A stretch of 64,000 nt of DNA, from NCBI GenBank assembly GCA_964252035.1, contig OZ176201.1. One strand, written 5' to 3'. The position numbers and the translations under genes were made by a program. This document shows positions 39,069 to 51,575 of this stretch, piece after piece (within the stretch, counting starts at the first letter, position 1; each line of letters opens with the position of its first letter). Below the pieces are notes generated by a model, which did not search any database, was not told where the DNA came from, and saw nothing but the letters and a program-made list of their open reading frames with translations. The DNA comes from Podarcis erhardii (Eukaryota).

Positions 39069-41288
39069 ATAACCATGGAGAAAGCTCTTTACAATCCAAT
39101 TTAAAAAGAGCTGCAAAACCATATAAATTATTGACTGTTACTAAAAGAGAAAGTCTCTCTCCTCAGAGAGATATAATTCCCAGAGTTCCCCATGAAGAGC
39201 AATTGATTGTTAAACCGTGTTGGGACTTGTAGCAATGTAAGTGCAATGGGGATTTTGTAACAATTTTCAACACCCTGAGCAGAGCATAGTTCCTAGGATT
39301 TGGGGGTGGGGTGGGACAACCATGACTATTTAAAGTGGTATAATAGTGCTTTAAAAGTACAGTGTGGATGGGAATATAGCTACAGTGCTGTATTCCAAAA
39401 CTGAAGAACCTCGCCTTCTATTTGAGGTTCATTGCAGTCATGCTTGTGATCTATGCCAGGCATGCAGATCCATTATTGGACACAGATCTTTGCTTTGTCT
39501 CCTTGCAAGACTGGATGCTCCACAATAGCATTTCCATGCACAAAATCAGACTTCACTCCCAGGTCCCTATTGCTGCATCATACTCAGTTCTTAAATTGAA
39601 GGATACAACACATTGTTCAGAAAGAAACCAGATTTATTTGATGAATATAAACGAGCTGATCAACACCAAGCACTTCTCATACACATGATAACAATGTTAT
39701 GAATTCTAAATACCTTGGTACTTTACACTTCTACGAGACATTAAAATTACAATGACTGTTCTAAAACATGCCCACTGGTAATTTCTAAGGATTCCTTAGT
39801 TTCATATCAATGTCCTTAATCACATGTCAAGATCACAATCCAGAACATGCCACTCACTTGGAGAAAATTATTACAAGAAGCACTATCAAATGAGGGTCAA
39901 AGGTAAATAGGGAATGCTGACCCATTGTTGCAGAACATCACATTCAAACAATCACTCTACACCAAAGGAAAATGCAGGTATAGGTTGTGACACATCTGAA
40001 ATCTTCTCATAAACACTGTTTAAAAAGGAAATTGAAACCCACTTTCAAATGAAAGTCAATGTGCATTTACGTGCATACTGGATACACAAAATTCATTTAA
40101 ATACAAAATTCATTCTGTACATTTAAATGAAAGAATGTGCAGTACAAGTTTGATCCCACAGTAAAATAATACTCATCTTAAATGTTAACCAAAAGGCTTG
40201 TTTGACTTTTTTACATTTCAAGGGGGAAGAAATCTACCAAACATTGCTCGAATAAAATGTTTGCCCAACATCACAGTGTTTATTGTAAACCCCGAGATTC
40301 TATTTTAGTGTATGAAAAGATTCCCCCGCCAAACATCATAGTATATATCATGTGAAATGGGAAAAAGCAATGTTAGACAAAAATTTTCTTCTGTAGAGGC
40401 TAAGTCTTAGGCTTTGATAAAAGTTAGGTTCAATGCTCTTACCAACATGAAAGGAGCAAAAATAAAACAAAAATGCCCCCAAAATAATATCTGTGACAAA
40501 ATTGGCACATACATATAAATATCTAACTATACAGTTTTGTTTTTAAGGACCCTATGTTTCCCTAGTTTATTTCCTACTTCAAGTATTCAGTTGCAGAATT
40601 AAGGTAAAGACCTGACTGTAAGAGACACAGAAGGCACAATCTTCCGCAAAGCTCTCTTGCACAAGCCCCGTTGGAAAGAATGGGAGGCTCTGCAACAGCT
40701 CATATCCTAGTCTTCCTCCTTTCAGTTCAATGGAGATTGTGCAAAAGAACATCCCAGTGGACTGTGCCCAGACAGCCATCCCTTACTAGGACAACAACTT
40801 TGTCAAAAGTAACACGTTTTGTTGTCCAAGTTCACAAGTGCAACATTTGTCATATGTGCTAAAGAAACTCCCAGGAGCTTTCCATTTTAAAATGAACAAA
40901 CAAACAAACAAACAAACAAACAAACCCAAGGTTCAAAACCCCATTGAAAGTCAAAGGACAAACTTTTAAAATATAAATGAATATGGATAATCTATGCTAT
41001 ACATATTTTATACAGATTTATTATTCCATGTATTGAATTGAATTAACATTGACCAGAAATTCTGCTTGCATTCACTGGCTCCTCGATTTCATCGAGAACG
41101 ATGGTGCAACCAACTAATAAATTACTCTTTTCTAGGCAAATAATAATTTCCAGGGGGTTCATATGTATGGCTCATACTGGATGATCAAGATTAATTGCAC
41201 CAACCATTCAAAAATAATGACATATTTCTAAATTAAGTGCAAGATTTTATGGATATCCTGTTCAAAAACTGTTTTTTTCCACAGCAGC

Positions 41289-41289
41289 A

Positions 41290-41333
<44 letters not shown>

Positions 41334-41334
41334 A
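41289..41334. repeat. (AAAG)n microsatellite
   Basis: About 11 units; an (AAAC)n run also lies at ~40895-40924. Confidence 0.97.
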
Positions 41335-43587
41335 CCAAGAATTAAGGCCACACATGTTTAATTTTATGGGGGAGGGCCAATCCACCTAGCGTTTCTGCTC
41401 CACGACATCCATTCATTTCAACAAAGCCCAGCTCACATCTTATTAAAACGAATGGAGGTTTCATAACAGAAGGTGTCTGGTGGATTGCACATGTTGTTTG
41501 CTTCTAAGAAGTGCAGATAAGTCAATATCCACTTACAAGCCTGTAAGTGCCCCTCTCACTGACAAAAAGATATGCCAGTCACAGGACTGAGCTCTTGTTA
41601 TGAGCACGGATGCCAGATGGAACGAAAATGCTCACTAAGGGAAGACCCTTACTTTGGGGAAACAGCAGATAGTTCAACATCAATAATAGTCTGTCACTAC
41701 ACATAATAGCTCCAGGGCTCCCCCCCCCCACCTGTCTATTCCCCTGGCATGTGTTTTTAACATGTTCACATTTATTATAATTTGCTGGATGACAGAGATA
41801 ATTTTCAATTATCTACTCATTCATCGATACTTCTTTGTTTAACATCTAAAATACATTATAAACCATGGTACGTATTGTTTCCCTGTTCAGAAAACAATGA
41901 GGAAGGGTCCCTTCCCGTAAAGGAGACCCAATGCATATATTTAATAATCACGACATTCTTTTGAATTAGAAAAAAAATCAAGAGTCCCAGCTTTTATATT
42001 AAATACTGTTGTGCATCTGGATGATAAAAGTTTGATGCATCTTCATAGACGCTCGTATACAAGTATAGGTTCTTGCGTCAAGCTTTTATCTTCCAGACAT
42101 ACATCAACCACTGTATACAAATAATTGCTAATCATTTTAGGCTGCAGTCCTACACAGTTGCCTGGGAGTAAGCCCCACTGAGCTCTATGGGACTTACTTC
42201 TGACTAGATATGTATAGGATCGCACTGTTAGATGCCCCATGCATTGTCAGAGACACACACCATATTTTCATACGCCAACAGATAGTAGTAGTAAAAATTG
42301 ATTTCATTTCCAACCTGGCCCAGAGCTTAATATTGGTTGCATTATCAAAATGGCTTGAGTAACAGTAAAGAAACAGAGGAGGGCAAAGACTTTGTTTTTA
42401 TTACCCTGAAAAGCCCACATTACTGGGGGTATGACTAATGCCGACACCATTATGAAACAGCTTGCTAGTCCCTGTAATAATCTAGTGCTTTAGAAGTGAT
42501 ACTTTAGAGGAAACTAACCAGAAACAGCAGACAATGATACTGCAGCTAATGGAACCTCAACTACAGATTAAAATTAATACAAATCTGTCAAATTAAAGAT
42601 CCCACTTTAATTAACTTCATTTAGTAATGTTCAGAACAGATGGTAACTCAGTTTTCTTTAAAAAAAATAATTCTGGAATAATTCATACGACCCCGTTAAA
42701 GGAAATGAAGTTCTTCTAATTTCTAATCGTCCCCTTAATTGTTTTCCAAAGTATCTGACTTCGTAACGTATTACAAGAAATAATGGAGAAGGACACCCGT
42801 TTGTGCAGCTTATTGTTTGATGGCAACCTTCATGTGCCCCGCCCACTTCTGTGATCTTTTGGGGGGTGGAGCTCCAAGAGTGGCGACTGCATTCAGATCC
42901 CCACTGCAGCAAATCGTCCTCTTTTCTCTCGTCTCTCATCGTCCTGCAGTGCTGCCTTGCATTTGCTTCTTTCTCCAGCTCCTCTTGATAACTGTAGCAA
43001 AACAAGAAGCCATCCAAAATGGTGAGCTCACATAGTTTCTGGAGACACAGTAGGACCCAGTTCAGGTCAGTGAAGGCTTCCTTCAGCCACACTTTCATTT
43101 CATTTCATTTTTTATTGTATTGTTTCTGTTTGGTCAGATGCCATCTTGAGTAGTTTTAGAGAAAGGTGATGGGTAGATGATTAAACAGACAAAAGGAATA
43201 TTTCACCATTCTGACTGTGGAGGCTCCTGATCTATAGTTATCTGCAATGGAGATGCATATAGAGGGGTAGTCTGCTTTTTCATGAAGAACCTGAAGTGGG
43301 TCACATTATCCCTTCTACCAGGAAACTGGAGCTATCTCAGTAGGAAGGCTAAGTTTCAGGTACTGGGTTGCAGCCAACAAAAATAATGCATGAGCAGAAT
43401 GATTTCCCCTCATGCAATGGAACTTACTCTCCCTCTCCTTCCTCCCAATATAGCCTGTACACCCCCTCAAAAAAAACACACCCTGCTCTGGGTGGTTCCT
43501 ACAACCCCTGGAGGAGGAGAAAAGGAAGCTGCATTGCATGAGCGGAAGTCATTCTACTTGTAGAATATTCTTGGGATTCAGCCCATG

Positions 43588-43740
43588 TAATAATAATAAT
43601 AATAAATTTGTATTTATACCCCACCCTTCCCGGTTCAGAAAACCGGGCTCAGGGCGGCTAACAACAAATTTAAAACAATTGTGATACAACCAAAAACAGC
43701 ATAAAATACAGTATAAAAGTGTGTATAACAATAAATTCAA
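43588..43740 (-). mobile_element. L2-type 3' end with (TTA)n tail
   Basis: TTAGCCGCCCTGAGCCCGGTT...GGGAAGGGTGGGGTATAAAT terminus. Confidence 0.6.
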
Positions 43741-44544
43741 AGTTCTAAAATCAATTTAGGGGGGAATCCATCCAATAAACATTAGCTGATCACCAGGGCT
43801 AGCTGGCTAAATTAGTCCTATCTGGGCCAGCAAGGAAGCCAAGGGAGAATTAGCTGTGGGATCCCAGAGCTGGTAATCTTCATAAAAAGGGGAGGGGGAG
43901 GGAAGGAAGGGGAATAAAAGATCAGGCTAAATTCAAATTGAAAGTGGTGTAGGAAAGCTGATGTATTAAAGCATCAAAAGCCAGAACTGTAGACATTTGT
44001 AACTCCAGTTGAATACAGGGGTGAAGACAGTGTAAGGGGCACCACTCATCACCTGTCATGATATTCTGCCCCAGCTGCAGCCTCCAAACCAGTCATAAGG
44101 GAAGCTCCACACAGAAGGTACTAAAATAGCCTCAGTTGTCACTCAGTGCATGAGTCACAGTGGCTAAACTATCCTTGTCCAGGAAAGGCACAGTTGAAGA
44201 CTTGTGCTCTTGGCCATGGAGACCACATCTATAGATATAGCTTTAGAGATTGATACAGTTCTATCAAGGGCTGTGTACAAACCATACATTTAAAGCACAT
44301 TTCTGCTTCAAAGACACCTTGGTTCAGTATTGCGCTACCTATGCCAATAACTATTGTAGACTCCACAGCCTTTCCCCAAAGATAAGTGACATAAATTAGA
44401 AATCTGGATCCTAACCAATTGCAGCAAAATGTAAAATCAAGGTATAGTCTTTCCCTCTTTAGTCTAAAAACAATATGCATTACTTTAGTACTGGAAATAG
44501 TCTTATTTAGAATGCTTTTTTCCTTCCATCACACAGGAAAAAAT

Positions 44545-44570
44545 TAAAAATGAATGCTTCACAGTTTATT
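44545..44570 (-). terminator. Canonical poly(A) site
   Basis: AATAAA (44570-44565), CA 13-14 nt later, then a U-rich/GU-rich tract TTTTTAATTTTTTCCTGTGTG. Confidence 0.5.
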
Positions 44571-44827
44571 AGCACGTTAAAAGTAAGTCTGTGGTTCAGA
44601 CATTATCCATATAATTACCTAACAGTATCCGTATGCTGTTATAAAATGCATTTCCAATATGTCTGTGAATAGTACAACACTGAGCATAACATGCTTCTGT
44701 CTGTAGTTTTTAATAAATGATGTGTCTGAAAAGATTATTTTAAAAGTTTTTCTTTGACCTAAAAAATACACATGTGACAACATACAAGGACAATTTACAT
44801 CAGGTTACATAATATAGAGATGATGTA

Positions 44828-45041
44828 CAGTGGTACTTCAGGTTACAAACTTAATTTGTTCTGGAGGTCCGTTCTTAACCTGAAACCGTTCTTAACCTGA
44901 GGTGTGCTTTCACTAATGGGGCCTCCCGCTGCCACCGCACAATTTCTGTTATCATCCTGGGGAAAAGTTCTCAACCCAAGGTACTACTGCCAGGTTAGTG
45001 GAGTTTGTAACCCGAAGCGTTTGTAACCCGAGGTACCACTG
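44828..45041. mobile_element. Tigger/pogo-like MITE
   Basis: 23-bp TIR CAGTGGTACYTCRGGTTACAAAC (21/23), TA on both sides; subterminal repeats GTTCTTAACCTGA x2 and GTTTGTAACCCGA x2. Confidence 0.88.
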
Positions 45042-47360
45042 TATAACCTTTCAAGTTGCTAGCCCTGGTGTGTGTGTGTGTTTTAAATGGAATGTGGTAA
45101 ATAGTATTTTCTGAATTCTCAGAAACAAAACTATTTGGGACTATGCATCCAGGCCAAGAGTCATAGAAACTTGGAGCTGGTATAGTCCTATCTCTCCAGT
45201 TGACACTCAATGTGCTAACCGTACAACCTAAGCAATCGCCACCAATATGTCCCAATATTTCATACTTCGCACATCTAAATCCTTGGCATTAATCCAATCC
45301 TGTTAAAACTGTAAAAGCCTGCAAAACTAAAACATTAAACAACAGCTGCAACAACAACAATAACAGTATTTGAATTACATGTACTTTTAAGTAATTAGCT
45401 GGGGTTATTCTCAAGCAGAATTATTGGTTTATCATCTATACTGGATAAGTAAATGAAAACTGCAAACAGTTTAACACTTTTGGGGCCTGATCCAAAACCT
45501 TTTCATGTTAATGGAGAGATTCCCATTGACTTCATTACAAGTTCGGATCCAACTCTGGCACAAGAAGAAGTGATTTCTACAGAGTTGGAAAGTTTGGGAG
45601 TTCCTGAAGTAGATCTAGTTACTAGTTCTGGCACATAAAACCTTTGCAAACTTTTTATGAAAACTGTAAGTCAAAGCACACTTTGCATTTTGCAAACTAC
45701 ATAGTTCCCATTCTTTGGGCACCAAGGATTACTCCAAGAGATATATATACACAGGAAGCACCCATGTGAATTAACAAGAAGCACATGTTCCAACTATAAG
45801 AACAATCTACGACCCCTTCCCCCCCCCCCTTTGCACCAGGTTGGGAGCTGAATAAAAAAAGTTTGCAATTTCCTAATGTTTTTGATGTTTTACAAGCCAA
45901 AGCATCCCTTCACACTCACTGAGGCTGTTGAAACAAACATTCTGCTCAAATAAAGGAATGGGGATGAGCAATAAAATGCAGAAGGCAGATTTGTTATTTA
46001 GCTGTCCCTTCAGACTTCAGCAAACAGTATCAAAATACATGAATGAACTTCTCTATCGGCTGATCCACTCATCAAGAAATTGAACACATTTCTACAAAAA
46101 GAGAAACGGAGAAGTGCAAGAGGGAGGAAGAAGAATCTTGCTTTCCAACACCTGCTACAGCTGAATGCAGTTTGCCTCTTTCTCTCCGGTTACTGTATAT
46201 GCAGAACACACATCGCTGACACATTCCAGTCAAAAACAAAGCACCTACTCATACATTGATTTCAGGGGAACCTATTTTCCTAGTAAGTAACTTAGGGTCA
46301 CATTCTGAGGGAAACATCCGTTCACAAGGTACCACTGCCAGTACTCCTCTCTCTCGCCCTCAGTGCGCAGCTAGAAGCGTGACAACCTGTATGACATTGC
46401 TGTAGAAACTGCACCACTGCTGGATGGGGCTGATGGGAGTCCACACCATCTGAAGGGTCATCGATTCCCCATCCTGGCTGTACAGAGAAAGACTGTATGA
46501 CAGGGCTCGGGGTTTCTAGCACCAGGACCACATATTTCTATGTATGGACAATGGCACTCTTCCATAGGCTGGAATTCTGGATTAGGCTCCATACCTGTGT
46601 TGCCCCAAACCTGTGTGCATGAGCACACCTGAGGCTCTAAAACAGATTTCCACGTGGAAGCGCAAAGAATGACCCTGTTTTAAAGCTGAGCGCAGCACAC
46701 CTTCAGGAGACTTTGGTGAAAGCGACTAACACTCAGCACCAGCACTGGAGTAAATATTGCATGTTGGGAACAGAAGGATGTAAAAGGGTCCTATAGTTTG
46801 CGACTGTTCTTCAGATTGTTTTTCTTTGGAATAAAGACACCTGCTGCCTGACGAACCCACTTGGTACCTCCATCCCTTTCCTTTCCAGAGTGATTTGCTG
46901 AAGGACGCTGAGGGATAGGGTAAACACAAACGGGTGAAAGGGGAAACTGTTTAATAACGGTAGTAAAATGCAGGCTATTTTTGACATCTGGGTTAATGTC
47001 CATTCTGTTCCAGATGCTTTCCAAATGTTTGCGGCAAGAGAAACTCATTAACAAAATTTTAAAGTGTCCTCTTCTGACATATTACACATGGGGCCCACAT
47101 AGAAGGCAAACAACTGACATGGAAGTAAGTGAAAGACTGGGGTAGGGGAGAGATTTCTGCATTTGGGCAGTCAAGACTGAATTTAATAAACTAAGAAATG
47201 AATGATCCTTTTGTCCGTGCCTTAAGCTCCTTCACTCCTCCCTTCTCAGTGCCCTGGGATTAAACCAGGAAGTCTCTAATTAACCACAGTTTCCCATTTC
47301 ATATGTACTGGGAAACTATGGTTACCAGCTTTGGAACAAGCCAGAATCATAAACCACATT

Positions 47361-47617
47361 TGTGGAATGCTCTCCCCAGGGAGGCTCGCCTGGCGCCCTC
47401 ATTATTCAGTACATCTTTAGGTGCAAGGCAAAAACTTTCCTTTATAATAAGGCCTTTGGCCTTTAACTATCTGTGCCCTTTTAGAAGTGGACAGGATGTT
47501 TTTAATGTATTCCTTTTTCTCTTAGCATTAATGTGTCTTTGGGGGGCGGGTTGTCTGACTGTCTGGTTGTAAGTTGCTTTGGGTGGCCCTGGGCAAGATA
47601 AAGCGACTAACCAATTC

Positions 47618-47654
<37 letters not shown>
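47361..47654 (+). mobile_element. L2 3' end with (TAAG)n tail
   Basis: LWNALPREARLAPSL motif, then an AT-rich UTR, TGTAAGTTGCTTTG and the tail. Confidence 0.75.
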
Positions 47655-48749
47655 TAATTTTAAAGTTAGTTTAAAGCATAGTTCTGCTCAATTGTTTAAT
47701 AAGTCTTTGTTTTAAGTCTTCCAACTGGTCTTTTAAAAAAAATTACTATGCCACTAATTGTGATTATTTCATATCATTATATTTATTTTGCGTTTATGAC
47801 ACTGAGAGTCACCCTGGGTGAGCTATGTCCCAAAAGCTGGCCTATAAATAATTTTATCAATATAAACAATGGTTTTATTACTGGGAAATTGATATCTAAT
47901 TAAGCACTGGGACTATCCAACTACCATTCATACAATATTAGGTTACTTCATTGTCATTTTGTCTTAATATATTTAAATGTGTCACCAGAATTTGCTGTCA
48001 GCTCTCTTTACTGAAGAAAGCACATTCTTTATTGTGCTTTGAGTGTAAAGTTATTGAGTTTGTGTCCTGCATTTTCCCTGGCATAAGAATATGATGACAC
48101 AAGAGCAACAGCTTACTCTTGCCTGAAAGGGTTTCATCCCCACCTGCTAATTCTTATATCCCCCTATTATTAGCAGAAATATTTGAAAGAATTAATACGC
48201 TGATTGCTAAGCATGACTTAGGGCGTTTCCACATGGCAATTCAGTGTGGATTTGGAGCTCCTCATGCCTGCGGGATTTCCCCAGCATCTACATGACATTC
48301 TCTCATCTGCACTTTTTTGCCTTTGGATCTGCAAGCTGCTGATCCATGCATAAACCAATCTGGGACAAAATCCTACAAGTCTTCACACTTTGCCCAGCTG
48401 TGGACGCACTAAAGCACACGTTAGCTTCAAGTGTTTGTGGGCAGCTCTTTGCGTGTCTGGTGACGTTTCCTTGGCTGCTTTCTACCATCTAACCATTGCT
48501 GAGAGCAACCTTCTCAGAGCCAAAACTTTCAGCACTGGAGGAAGGGTCTGAAGATCGGAGGCACCTATGCCTCCTTCTGTCTAGCTGTTCTTTGTGACAA
48601 CAAGACACTCCTAGGCAGGCTGCAGATTTTCCTCCCCATAAAAGTGATCTACTGTGAGAGAGGGGTTGCTCCACAGTGAGCACTCCACGCAAAGCGGATA
48701 GACCAGCTCTCTAGGAGGCTGCCTCACTCCTTGGGGTAGGAAGCCCAGC

Positions 48750-51215
48750 ACAAGGCATGCACAAATCTTTATTATTATTTAGTTGTCTTGTGCAAAACTG
48801 CTAATGGGAAAAAGAGCTTTTTATAAAAAATAATAACAACATTGACCTACAATGACCTTCTTTGGTTCTGTTTTCGTATGCACATGAACATAACCTGTGT
48901 CCGAAAGCCCAAAGAAGGGAAAGGAATGAACAGGTGGTTCATTTTTATTATAATTATCACCATCATTATCCTCTTTCTTTCCTACCCCCCTCCAGTATAT
49001 TTCTGGAAAGCCATCATCTTCCCCCATCCCTATGCTGAAGGGCACCACCACTCCCTGTATCAGATTGTCCCCCAAATCTGACCTGGAGTTATCTGATACT
49101 TCCTTGCTCTCTTCCTATGCAGCACTGTGATTGGTGGGTACTGCTGGTCCCCCCTTCACATTCCATTCTCACTGCTGCATCCACCAGGCCCCTCACAGTG
49201 TGGTCCGTGTCTCCCAGCTTCTGAAGAGCCTTGCTCCTCCCATCCCAACAGGCAGCTTCACGTCACCCACCACACGCCTGAAATCCGGCCGCCACATTGT
49301 TAACCACCCTCCCACTGTTGCAAGGATTCCTTGCATGTGGCCTAGTAGCCTCTGTGCTTCCTTTCCCCGCTTCCCTATAAAACGCTGTGTGGTAACCCAG
49401 CATGTTAGAAATTCTCCGTGAAGCCTTCTCTGCAAAGTAGCCAAGCGGTTTGGAAACTACCTATTAACTTCACAGCGCCAGCCCACATTGCAGCATACCT
49501 GATTCCCGTGGGACTACTTAAGACATGACCCTGTGGAATGGAGTCCCACCATTCCAGCCAGCAATGTCATCATCACTTCGGAGCCGCTGAGGGGAAGGCT
49601 TCCCCCAAGAAAACTGCAGTTGCAAACATCATCAGAAATTTGCAACCCAGCTGTGAACACAAGACACAGCATCAGGAGGTTTTCGAAAACCATTACTGGG
49701 TTTGCTTTCTGCATAAATCTAAACTGTGATTTTTTTCCTAATGGCAGTGTATGATCTGACGTGACTTAAAGCAGTCTTGGTCCCAACATACAGAGGTTTC
49801 CCATTGTGAATGAAGTTTGCTCAAAATCATAGTTTCGCAAGTGCAAAAACCGCGCAAGCACAACATTTAATCAAAGTTCCGATTTAATAACCAAGGATTC
49901 CTCTTCAAGTTGCATGTGTGTTAAAAAGTATCCAGCAAACAGAACTAGCTATGGAAAAAGAATTCTGACCTGCCCCCCCAAAATACAAAATTTCAGCTAA
50001 CTCAAAATGGAAAAGCAGCAAATACCAAGATGCCAAAGACACCTAAGACACTTGCTGAGTTAAGTGAAAAGGTAAAATCCAGTTTAAATTTATAGCATTC
50101 CTTCAGTGTCCCTCTAGGAGTTTGGCTTCTTGCCAGGGTTCCTTGTTAAAAATTTGTTAAACGTGTTTGGCATTAATGCAAACACAAAGTACTCATTTGT
50201 TACAAATTCTAATGGAATGCATTCATTTAAGGCAATGAAGTAGTTACCAGAAGAGAGAAAAAAATGTTCATTAAGTACATTTTAAAAATACAATGATGTA
50301 TGCGGTGCATGACTATGGCGCCCCCGTGGCTATATAAATATCTGACAGAATAACCACAAGTTCTGTTTGGTTTGAAACTGAAATCTTTTAAACATAACCA
50401 ATAGAACAGAAACTGGTTTTGTTTGTTGTCAAAACTGATGTTAGTCTTTATTGTTTAGACCTAGTAAATCAACCAAAGTTTGGGTGTCCTGTTTTTTATT
50501 TCTCAGATCAATAAAAATTCACAGGTTTAAGTAAAAGTGAAGGAAATCTCTTCATTTGAATTGTACACAAAGCTTGGCATGCTCTATCCAGAAAATGCTA
50601 AATCCGGAAAGCAACACAGGCTTGGTAATTTAGGCACGCATCAAATAAAAACAAATGAAATAAATTCCATCAGTATTTGAAAATGTTAGTACATCAGCAT
50701 TACCAATCTGTACTCAAAAGGGGCAGCTTTAAAACTTATGTACTATAGAAAGAAAACATTATTCTTAATTATACAGTAATAGAAATATTTTGTTTACTAG
50801 TGCATGTCATTTCAAAGACTACTTACAAGAAAGCATAGGCCATTGTAGAATTAAAGTGCAACTGAGGTTCAATGGAGACAAGACTGCTTAGCAGACTTGA
50901 GCAAGTCAACTTTTCTTTACTTACTGTTTGTTAAATGTGAACAGTGGGGATTTACTTCATATGATTCTAGTGAAAAAAATTCAGTAAATGCAAAGTTTTT
51001 GGGGGGTTGCATTTCCTGGCCACACTCCTTATGTTGCACTGCATTTGATGCTCTTGCAGCCATCCATGTGTTCAAGAGTCTACTTCTGCAGTGGGGAGGC
51101 TTTTCAGCTCATGAAGGTTGTCCACACAGTTTAGAACTCTGGTCTTTTAGGGTTCCAAAGCATGTAGGGAGCTTACATGAATAGAGTGGGTTTGCCGCTG
51201 CAGAAGTGGAGAGCT
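48750..51215 (-). other. ERC2: Putative non-coding terminal (3'UTR) exon of ERC2; may extend to ~44550
   Basis: Branch point CCCTGAT plus gtgtttccag|AGCTCTCC acceptor at 51216/51215; TE-poor, AT-rich, UTR-like sequence; AATAAA at 48773-48768. ERC2 is the same-strand upstream neighbour of WNT5A in human and chicken and has a UTR-only last exon. The gene identity rests on synteny, not coding sequence. Confidence 0.5.
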
Positions 51216-51394
51216 CTGGAAACACTATCAGGGATGCAATAAAGGAGGCAGGGCCAGGGAGAAAACTCCCAACCTTCCTCTCATGGGATCATAGTCATGC
51301 AGGGCAAAGAATCCCCAGATAAGGCTTTTGGTGTGTGCAAATTGGTAGGACATTTTCAAAGCCTATATACGAAAACAGATAACGGACAGAGATC

Positions 51395-51575
51395 ATGCTT
51401 ACGACACTATAACTTTAAAGAACATTCAGAGTTCATTATTTCCCACAAAGCATTCTGGGCACTGTAGTTTGTTAAGGGTTTCAGAGAAATGTAACTCTGT
51501 GAGAGGTAAACTACAGTGCCCAGAATTCTCTGAGGAAAAGAGTGTGCTTCAAAGCTGTTTGAAAGGTACAGTGTG
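51395..51575. repeat. Palindromic squamate MITE-like repeat
   Basis: Perfect 19-bp inverted repeat ATTCTGGGCACTGTAGTTT (51452-51470 / 51508-51526); related copy at ~39140-39375. Confidence 0.6.

Noticed and set aside
42658-43098. 146-aa minus-strand ORF as a stand-alone gene
   Set aside because: The first third is intron-like (branch point and pyrimidine tract) and there is no promoter context. Only the part after 42991 is kept as a speculative finding.
50316-50330. GCCACGGGGGCGCC as a CTCF site
   Set aside because: Needs a 2-bp gap to fit the core.
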